A stretch of DNA of 25,406 bases from a virus (lineage: Duplodnaviria > Caudoviricetes): positions 1 to 25,406 of the IMG/VR virus record IMGVR_UViG_3300045580_000297, one strand, 5' to 3'. The notes beneath the pieces were generated by a model that saw only the letters and a list, made by a program, of their open reading frames with translations, was not told where the DNA came from and made no database searches. A program made the translations under genes and the position numbers. Below are positions 5,497 to 12,633 of this stretch, in pieces. Numbering within the stretch: the first letter of the stretch is position 1; each line of letters begins with the position of its first letter.

Positions 5497-5604
5497 CCGA
5501 CAGGGTCCCCTCCTCCCTACCTGTCGGTAACTGAAGAGCCTGATCCCGGTTTTATGGCTGAAACACCCACAGCCGAAACTCACAACGGGGTCAGGCTTTT
5601 CTTC
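5497..5604 (+). ncRNA. Two-hairpin RNA element: CCUCCUCCC-loop hairpin (cuckoo-like) plus a long terminator-like hairpin
   Basis: CCGACAGG (5497-5504)/CCTGTCGG (5520-5527) encloses CCTCCTCCC (5509-5517). A 16-bp stem 5533-5548/5586-5601 ends in TTTTCTT. Confidence 0.5.
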
Positions 5605-5618
5605 ATAGGAGAAAGAAC

Positions 5619-5798
5619 ATGTACGAGATCGTGAAGGAGCTTTTCACAACTGACGCCGGGATCATCGGTCTACTGACATTCAGTGCACTGATCTACATCG
5701 TGGCGTGGGGCCAGTATCAGGACGGTGAGCACTATCGTCGCCAGAGGGCGAACGAGGAGTTCCTCCGTAGACAGAGGAATGACCATGATCAAGCCTGA
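5619..5798 (+). CDS. Small single-TM membrane protein (59 aa; not in the ORF track)
   Basis: AGGAG RBS; MYEIVKELFTTDAGIIGLLTFSALIYIVAWGQYQDGEHYRRQRANEEFLRRQRNDHDQA. Confidence 0.7.
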   Translation: MYEIVKELFTTDAGIIGLLTFSALIYIVAWGQYQDGEHYRRQRANEEFLRRQRNDHDQA

Positions 5799-6015
5799 CC
5801 AGATACCGGATGAGGTGGTGGAGGCGGCTGCGAGGGCCGCTTGGAAGCTAAAGGACCAAAGGCTCTGGGAGACACTCAAAGCCACACAACCCAACTGGAG
5901 GGATGAAGCACGCGAAGCTCTCGCCGCCGCATTGAATGCGTGGCCGGGGGCGTTCTTGTACCCATTGAACAAGACCCGCCTCATCCTCCCCCTGCCGCAG
6001 AATGACCAAGACTGA
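5785..6015 (+). CDS. Hypothetical phage protein (IPDEVVEAAARA...WRDEAREALAAA type)
   Basis: GAGG RBS; motif is common in small phage proteins. Confidence 0.7.
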   Translation: MIKPDQIPDEVVEAAARAAWKLKDQRLWETLKATQPNWRDEAREALAAALNAWPGAFLYPLNKTRLILPLPQNDQD

Positions 6016-6089
6016 CCCATTGCCCTGCCATGGCTGACCCTTTATGATGATCCGCATACTGATCATCTTTCCTATCAAGGGGTTAGACC

Positions 6090-6479
6090 GTGGCAGCGCC
6101 TCCTTCCAAGATAAAGAACCCTCAGGCCATCAGGCACTCAGATGAAACCCGCATGCGTATATCAGCAAGCAGGATCATCGACCGTGTACAGAAGTACGTC
6201 CTCTCAAGGCCTGTGACCGTCATCGACACCAACTCAGGCACAGTGCGCGTGAGGTTCGAGGACGAAGAAGGCAACGAAGTCCCCGCCATGACGCCTGACC
6301 AGATGAGGGGAGCAAAGCTCCTTCTGGACAAGGCCCTACCCAACCTCCAGACAGTTGAGGTTAACAAAGAAGAAACAAAGACTTACGTATTACGAGCGCC
6401 AGAGCCCGAGCAAAATACTCAGGATTGGCTGAGGAAATACGGGCCCAAGACCATAGAAGCGAAGCCAGAGAAGGCCTGA
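6090..6479 (+). CDS. terS: Terminase small subunit (putative)
   Basis: Directly upstream of TerL with a TGATG overlap. RISASRIIDRVQKYVL...MTPDQMRGAKLLLDKALPNL pattern is seen in podoviral TerS-position genes. Confidence 0.7.
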   Translation: MAAPPSKIKNPQAIRHSDETRMRISASRIIDRVQKYVLSRPVTVIDTNSGTVRVRFEDEEGNEVPAMTPDQMRGAKLLLDKALPNLQTVEVNKEETKTYVLRAPEPEQNTQDWLRKYGPKTIEAKPEKA

Positions 6480-7921
6480 TGACCTTCGAGACCATATGGC
6501 AGCCTCAGCCCGGGCCACAGACGGCCCTCCTCACATGCCCCATCAACGAAGTCTGCTATGGAGGCGCACGAGGGGGAGGGAAGACAGACGGTGTTCTGGG
6601 TGAGTGGGCCAGCCATGCTGCTGAATACGGCCAGAACGCCATAGGCCTGATGGTACGCCGCCAGCGCACGGAACTCATCGAGACCATGGAGCGCAGCAAG
6701 GTGCTCTACAGGCCACTGGGGGCCACCTTCAACGAAAGCAGCAAGATGTGGCTCTTCCCAAATGGAGCCCGTCTGCGCTTCGCCTACCTCGAACGCGACA
6801 GTGATGCGAACGGGTATCAGGGCCACTCATACACAAGGGTCTACATCGAGGAGGCCGGGAACTTCCCGGTCCCCACGCCCATCTTCAAGCTCATGGGCAC
6901 CCTTCGATCAGGTGCTGGCGTGCCATGCCGCATGATCCTCACATGCAACCCCGGTGGGCCCGGGCACCAGTGGGTGAAGGCACGCTACATCGACCCCGCA
7001 CCCATGGGGTACAAGCCCATCGAGGACACCTTCGTGAACCCTTGGACGCACGAGAAAGTCGTCCGTTCACGGATATTCATCCCGAGCTTCGTCACCGACA
7101 ATAAGTTCCTTGGCACCGACTACGTGGCCATCCTGCAACAGGTGGGCAACGACAACCTCGTGAAGGCATGGCTCCTTGGCGACTGGAACATCGTGGAAGG
7201 GGCCTTCTTCGACCGCTGGACGCATCACAACATCGTGCGGCCCTTCGAGATACCGCAGGACTGGCTGCGCTTCAGGGCTGCTGACTGGGGCTTCAGTGCG
7301 CCCTTCTCGATGGGCTGGTATGCCGTTGCTGGCGATGACGCTGGCGACTACGGGCTCCAGAAAGGATGCCTCGTGCGGTATCGGGAGTTGTACACGGTCA
7401 AACCGGGGCAACCGAATGTTGGACTTCGTCTGACTACGGAAGAATTAGCTGAGCGCATCAAGGAGATGAGCCGTGGGGAAAAATACGCATATTCCGTCAT
7501 CGACCCTGCCGCCTTTGCCGAGTCTGGGGGGCCATCTATCGCTGAGCGTTTTGCTCGTGCTGGCGTGGAGTTCAAGCGCGGTGACAATAGGCGCTTGGGC
7601 GCTCGCGGCGCAATGGGTGGCTGGGACATGGTTCGTGCACGGATCATCGGGCAAGATGACAAACCAATGTTTGTCACGTTTTCGACCTGTACGGAATTGA
7701 TCCGTACACTGCCTGTTCTTCAGCATGACCCAGATAGGCCGGAAGACCTTGACACCTCACAAGAAGATCACGCCGCCGACGAGCTTCGGTATGCCGTGAT
7801 GTCCCGCCCGTGGGTGCCAAACAAGGACAGAAGCAAGGAGCCGGGGAGGACCATTCATCAAATGACATTAAATGAAGCTTGGTCTATGCTCCGCGAGCCT
7901 GTCAGGGAGGGAAGAATATGA
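6479..7921 (+). CDS. terL: Terminase large subunit
   Basis: Walker A YGGARGGGKT, Walker B VYIEEA, TCNPGGPGHQWVK, nuclease motifs AADWGFSAPFS and EDHAADELRYA. Confidence 0.97.
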   Translation: MTFETIWQPQPGPQTALLTCPINEVCYGGARGGGKTDGVLGEWASHAAEYGQNAIGLMVRRQRTELIETMERSKVLYRPLGATFNESSKMWLFPNGARLRFAYLERDSDANGYQGHSYTRVYIEEAGNFPVPTPIFKLMGTLRSGAGVPCRMILTCNPGGPGHQWVKARYIDPAPMGYKPIEDTFVNPWTHEKVVRSRIFIPSFVTDNKFLGTDYVAILQQVGNDNLVKAWLLGDWNIVEGAFFDRWTHHNIVRPFEIPQDWLRFRAADWGFSAPFSMGWYAVAGDDAGDYGLQKGCLVRYRELYTVKPGQPNVGLRLTTEELAERIKEMSRGEKYAYSVIDPAAFAESGGPSIAERFARAGVEFKRGDNRRLGARGAMGGWDMVRARIIGQDDKPMFVTFSTCTELIRTLPVLQHDPDRPEDLDTSQEDHAADELRYAVMSRPWVPNKDRSKEPGRTIHQMTLNEAWSMLREPVREGRI

Positions 7922-8352
7922 AACGCTTCGAGGATAAGGTGCTCAAGGGCGAGGGGTGCTGGCGGTGGAGCGCAGCAAAGCTCCCCACTGGCTATGGCAT
8001 TTTCAGGCTCAACGGGCGGAACCATTACGCTCATCGCCTCGCGTATGAGCTTTGGGTTGGCGAGATCAGCAAGGGCATGTTCGTGTGCCACAGGTGTGAC
8101 AACCCGTCATGCGTTCGCCCTGACCACCTCTTCCTTGGCACGAACAGGGACAACATAGCTGACAGGACAGCGAAGGGGCGCAGCCATAGGCCAATAGGGG
8201 AGAGAAACCCGAAGGCAAAGCTTAGTAGTGAAGACGTTGCAGCAATACGAAGTGACACAGGGCGTTCGAGTGACATAGCCAAGAAGTATGGCATCGCTCC
8301 AGACACAGTGCGTCACATCAGAAACCGCAGGATATGGAGACATCTGCAATGA
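7918..8352 (+). CDS. HNH homing endonuclease (HNH_3-type with C-terminal HTH)
   Basis: CWRW...YAHRLAYEL...VCHRCDNPSCVRPDHLFLGTNRDNIAD...AKLSSEDVAAIR; ATGA overlaps at both ends. Confidence 0.95.
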   Translation: MKRFEDKVLKGEGCWRWSAAKLPTGYGIFRLNGRNHYAHRLAYELWVGEISKGMFVCHRCDNPSCVRPDHLFLGTNRDNIADRTAKGRSHRPIGERNPKAKLSSEDVAAIRSDTGRSSDIAKKYGIAPDTVRHIRNRRIWRHLQ

Positions 8353-9692
8353 CTTCGAGCTTCATAAACACCTTCGCGTCCCCGGGTGACAGCGACTACC
8401 TCGCATCGAACGAGATCAGCGAGGACGGCAGGACGAAGCACCTCCAGCGCATCATCATCGAGGGCCACAGCCCCAACAGCACACAGCTTGATGCCTTCGG
8501 GCGTCTTCGTGTGTCGAACCCTCAGGTCCTTGGCTTCAGCAGCTTCGAGTATGCCCTGAACACGCTGACCATGGAGACGGCAGTGAATGGCTCAGGTGCG
8601 GTGGCCAGTCTGCCGAACGAAAGCTCGATCTCCCTCACCAACGGTGGCGGCACGAGCGGGCACTATGCCTATGCCCAGACCCGTGTGCACCATCGGTACG
8701 TGCCCGGGCGCAGCCAGCTTGTGCGCTTCACGGGCTCCTTCGGCACGCCAACTGCGAACGTGCGCCAGAGGGCAGGGTACTTCAACGACAGGAACGGCCT
8801 GTTCCTTGAGTACGATGGCACGACCCTCTACTTCGTGCGCCGCACCTACACGAGCGGTGCTGCCGTGGACACACGCATCGCAAGGTCTGCATGGTCTGAC
8901 CCCCTCGATGGCACTGGCGTGTCAGGCATCAACCTCGACCTCACCAAGACATGGTTGTGCTGGATCGACATGGAATGGCTTGGTGTGGGTCGGTATCGCT
9001 TCGGCTTCGCAAGCCCCACCACTGGCGAGCTTGTCACGTGCTACGCTGCTGCTGGCACGAACGTGCTCTCAGTGCCCTACATGACAACGGCATCCCTGCC
9101 CGTGCGCTTCGAGATACAGAACACTGGCGCAGCATCGAGCCTGACCATGAAGTGGATATGCTATGCCGTGGACACCGAGGGCGGTGATGAGGGTGATCTC
9201 CCCATCCAGAACGCCATCGACAGCGGCACCACTGCCACGGCCCTAGCCAGCGGCTCATACAGGCCCATCCTTGCCATCAGGGCCGACACTGTCGTGAGCG
9301 GCGGATCAGTGCCGAACAGGGGCCAGATCATCGTGAAGGGCATCAGCGTTGCGAACGTGGGGAACACGCCCATCAACGTTCAGGTGCGCCTCAATCCCAC
9401 GACACTGACGGCTGCTGGTGGCGCTGTGACATGGGCGAACACAGGTGCCATCAGTGAGAGCGCGGCCTTCACCAATGCTGCTGACACCATCGCTGGCGGA
9501 ACTCTGATCGAAAGCTTCTTCGTCAACGCCACGGCCACAGCAAAGGGCTCAGGCTCTCAGGACTTCTTCATGAAGCTGCCGCTGGTCTACACACAGCTTG
9601 GCAGCATTCAGGACGTTCTCGCCATCTCAGCCGCTGGCCTTGGCGGAACATCGTCAGCACACGCATCAATTACATGGTCGGAGGTCTACTGA
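8349..9692 (+). CDS. Beta-rich, probably virion-associated protein (DAFGRLRVS family)
   Basis: 447 aa, rich in Gly/Thr/Ser/Ala; DAFGRLRVSNP, YVPGRSQL and IDMEWLGVGRYRFGF motifs recur in viral structural hypotheticals. Confidence 0.6.
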   Translation: MTSSFINTFASPGDSDYLASNEISEDGRTKHLQRIIIEGHSPNSTQLDAFGRLRVSNPQVLGFSSFEYALNTLTMETAVNGSGAVASLPNESSISLTNGGGTSGHYAYAQTRVHHRYVPGRSQLVRFTGSFGTPTANVRQRAGYFNDRNGLFLEYDGTTLYFVRRTYTSGAAVDTRIARSAWSDPLDGTGVSGINLDLTKTWLCWIDMEWLGVGRYRFGFASPTTGELVTCYAAAGTNVLSVPYMTTASLPVRFEIQNTGAASSLTMKWICYAVDTEGGDEGDLPIQNAIDSGTTATALASGSYRPILAIRADTVVSGGSVPNRGQIIVKGISVANVGNTPINVQVRLNPTTLTAAGGAVTWANTGAISESAAFTNAADTIAGGTLIESFFVNATATAKGSGSQDFFMKLPLVYTQLGSIQDVLAISAAGLGGTSSAHASITWSEVY

Positions 9693-12457
9693 TGGCACGC
9701 ATCAAGCAGGGGCGCATCTCAGGCCTCCCATCCGTTCCCGTCATCACGCCCGGGCCGACACAGGCAGACATCGACCTCGTTCGAGAGAAAGAGGCCATGG
9801 CCAATGCTGCTCAACGCTACAACGAAATGCAGCGTGAACTCACCACCTACGGGCGAACCCTCGACGATCCACAGGGAAGCTCGTGGACGGGCAACACGGC
9901 TCAGGGCATGGGTCCTATCGCCAGCGCACGCAAGGCCACTGGTGACCTTCCTGAGGGCCCGCAAATGGGCTCCGGGGACCGCAAGAAGGCTGGCAAGTCA
10001 GGGTGGGACAAGAAGCGCGAGAAAGTGGCTGCTGCCATAGACAACAAGTTGCAGGGTGCTGGCAAGGCGGTGGACAAGGTCATCGGCCCGCACGCATCTC
10101 AGGGACTGGGCCGCATCGCTCAGGCTGGCGACATCGCAAAGTACGCCATCCCTGTGGTGGGCGACATGATCGACATCTCCGAGACCGCTCAGGGCCTCGT
10201 GAACAATGCGATGGAGGGTGACTGGCTTGGCATGGCTGGATGGGGTGCCGCTGGTGCTGCTAGCCTCCTGCCAGCCATGTTCATCGGTCCTGCGGCAAAG
10301 AACTTCCCGGTCAAGAACGCTGACGATGCGTATGATCTGCTGAAGCAGGGCGTTGATCCTGAAACCATCCGTGCACGGACGGGTATCATCTTCGACGCAT
10401 CAGGCATCCCGCGCTTCGAGATAGATGACAGCAAGGCACGCCTCACGCCGAAGGGCGAGCGTTTTGCGAAGGGTGCTGCCATCGACAAGCGTTCCCCTCC
10501 CATGCCATTCGATCAGGCCTTCGATCACCCTGAGCTTTTCGAGAACTATCCCCAGATGCGGAACTACATGACCCGCTTCGCTGAGGATGGCGGGCCCGCT
10601 GGTGCGTTCTATCCAGCATGGGGAGGTCAGGGCCCTGAGGTCGAGGCATACGGCTCCTTCGATCAGCCAGCCTTCGGGTACAAGGCACCGAAGAACCTTC
10701 AGCAAGTCATCATGCACGAGGGCCAGCATGCCGTGGACAACATCGAAGATGCTGCCTTCGGCTCGATGCCCGGGACCGTACCGAAGGAGATCAGGGACAA
10801 GTACCCGAACCTGAGCGAGTTCCAGCTTTACAAGCGAGCCGCTGGCGAGACGCTGGCAGACACGACAGCCATGCGTGCGAACCTCGATGCTGACCAGCGC
10901 GGTGCCATCTCTCCCTACCATGGCGTGGGCAGCCAGTACGATGCTCCGTACCAAGAGCAATTCCCACGCTCAGAGCAGTGGGTGGAGCGCAATGATCCCC
11001 GCTTCGCTCCCGAAGAGGGCTACAGCATCATGCACACGGCATACGACCCCTACACGCCTGAGCCCGTCACGCGCATCCTCGCGAACCAGAATGGCGAGGC
11101 ATATGGTGGTGCGTACACGGAGCGTCCTGTCATGGGCTCAGTGCCTGAGGCAGCCCCGAAGAAGAAGAGGATGGGCCCCATCGCCCTTGGCGCTCACCCC
11201 ACGACAGACCCGAACTACATCGCAGCCACGACACTCGCGAACGGTGGCTACAGCGTGAACGTGCCCACGGGCCAGAACCCCACTGATGGCTACATGATGG
11301 GCATGTACGCGAACACGGACCCTCGCAACATGGTTGTCACTGGCAACATGACGCCTGACGATGCCCGTGCCTTCTACGGCACCAACAAGAAGGTGCTTCA
11401 GGGCGAGGACAAGTATTTCGGCACATGGCATAACCCTGACGATGGCAAGACATACCTCGATGTCTCGCGGCGCTTCGGGCCCGACGAAAAGAGGGCTGCC
11501 ACGAAATTCGGTGAGCGCACTGGCCAGCTTGCTGGCTTCGACGTTGCTGCCATGGACAGCTTCCCTGTCGGGAACTGGGAGCAGTTCATAAACTCACCTG
11601 AGTTCATGACACGCATGAACGAGATGGCTGATGAGGGCGGAAAGTTCCTTGGCCAGTACCCCACGAGGCAGTGGTGGAACATGATGGGCACGGACATCGA
11701 GAAGACCTATGGCCCCGTGAACACGCCCTACATGGCTGGCTACACGGCAGCCACGGCACCGAACGCTCAGCCTCGCGAGAACCTCCAGACAGCATCTGAG
11801 TACATGCGCCGCCACATCAAGGGCGAGCCCGTGATCCAGCCTGAGTGGCGTGTGGGCGATGCTGGTGGTCCCCCCATGTCGCGCAAGCCGGGGACGAAGA
11901 TCGGCATGGAAGGCACACGTGTGGACAACCTCGAACGAGCCCGCTCAGGTGGACCATTGGGTGGTCCAAAAGTCGAGAGCGAGCGCAGGGCCATGCTTGG
12001 TGACCCTGATGCCGTTGTCCTTGACCGCTGGCACGCACGCCTTGCTGAGGACCCGAACAGGGGCATCCTCACGGAAGCTCAGGAGGGCACGGTCTCTCGC
12101 GAGAATTACCCGAAGCTCGAAGACAGGTTCAGGCAAGCTGCGGCAGCACGTGGCATGACGCCTCGCGACTTCTCCGCTGATGTGTGGACTGGCGTGCGCG
12201 AGAAGGTCAGGGGCGGTGGCGACCTGTACGGCACGAAGTACAAGCCCTCAGCAGTACGTGGCGAAAGCAAGGCCTACGCTGATGTGTGGACGGACCTCGT
12301 GAAGGAGAAGGCAGCCTTCCTGAAGATCACGCCTCAGGAGATGATGGCCCGCCTCAAATCAGGCGATGCCAACCTTCTCAGCGTCCTGCCCTTCATCCCG
12401 GGTGGCGCTGCCCTTCTCAGGGAGTTCTACGGGCCTCAGGAGCCTGAAGAGCAATGA
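9692..12457 (+). CDS. Large polyvalent protein: LPD23-like domain, HExxH zincin-like peptidase, further domains including an HhH-glycosylase-like C-terminal domain
   Basis: ETIRARTG...RFEIDDSKA...DHPELFENYP (LPD23-like); VIMHEGQHAVD (10715-10729) and YKRAAGE; C-terminal ATAPNAQPRENL...GPKV...VVLDRWHAR...TPRDFSADVW. Coupled by TGATG. Confidence 0.7.
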   Translation: MARIKQGRISGLPSVPVITPGPTQADIDLVREKEAMANAAQRYNEMQRELTTYGRTLDDPQGSSWTGNTAQGMGPIASARKATGDLPEGPQMGSGDRKKAGKSGWDKKREKVAAAIDNKLQGAGKAVDKVIGPHASQGLGRIAQAGDIAKYAIPVVGDMIDISETAQGLVNNAMEGDWLGMAGWGAAGAASLLPAMFIGPAAKNFPVKNADDAYDLLKQGVDPETIRARTGIIFDASGIPRFEIDDSKARLTPKGERFAKGAAIDKRSPPMPFDQAFDHPELFENYPQMRNYMTRFAEDGGPAGAFYPAWGGQGPEVEAYGSFDQPAFGYKAPKNLQQVIMHEGQHAVDNIEDAAFGSMPGTVPKEIRDKYPNLSEFQLYKRAAGETLADTTAMRANLDADQRGAISPYHGVGSQYDAPYQEQFPRSEQWVERNDPRFAPEEGYSIMHTAYDPYTPEPVTRILANQNGEAYGGAYTERPVMGSVPEAAPKKKRMGPIALGAHPTTDPNYIAATTLANGGYSVNVPTGQNPTDGYMMGMYANTDPRNMVVTGNMTPDDARAFYGTNKKVLQGEDKYFGTWHNPDDGKTYLDVSRRFGPDEKRAATKFGERTGQLAGFDVAAMDSFPVGNWEQFINSPEFMTRMNEMADEGGKFLGQYPTRQWWNMMGTDIEKTYGPVNTPYMAGYTAATAPNAQPRENLQTASEYMRRHIKGEPVIQPEWRVGDAGGPPMSRKPGTKIGMEGTRVDNLERARSGGPLGGPKVESERRAMLGDPDAVVLDRWHARLAEDPNRGILTEAQEGTVSRENYPKLEDRFRQAAAARGMTPRDFSADVWTGVREKVRGGGDLYGTKYKPSAVRGESKAYADVWTDLVKEKAAFLKITPQEMMARLKSGDANLLSVLPFIPGGAALLREFYGPQEPEEQ

Positions 12458-12633
12458 CGGAGCTTCATCCACTTTCCCCAAGCATGCCACAGCCGCTGCT
12501 CCTCATCCGTCAGCACGATGGGGGGCTTTATCTTGAGAAAGCGGCAGCGATGCCTCTGGTGCTCAGCAGAGAGGGGCTGGAAGTCCGTGTACGGATGATG
12601 GTAATCAGGCTTATTCACGAGAGGTCTTTCTGA
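12454..12633 (+). CDS. Possible 59-aa ORF (MTELHPLSP...); strand ambiguous
   Basis: Fills the gap exactly with ATGA and TGATG overlaps, but an in-register antisense ORF (12436-12651) is also open. Confidence 0.4.
   Translation: MTELHPLSPSMPQPLLLIRQHDGGLYLEKAAAMPLVLSREGLEVRVRMMVIRLIHERSF

Noticed and set aside
5531-5597. Possible fourth hammerhead on the + strand (CTGAAGAG...CGAAAC...GTC)
   Set aside because: Core words are present, but stem II (GCCT vs AGCC) and stem I do not pair. The region folds better as one long hairpin.
7918-8352. HNH as part of a group I intron in terL
   Set aside because: TerL is complete, including the final DHAADELRY motif, before the HNH starts. The HNH is free-standing and coupled by ATGA overlaps.
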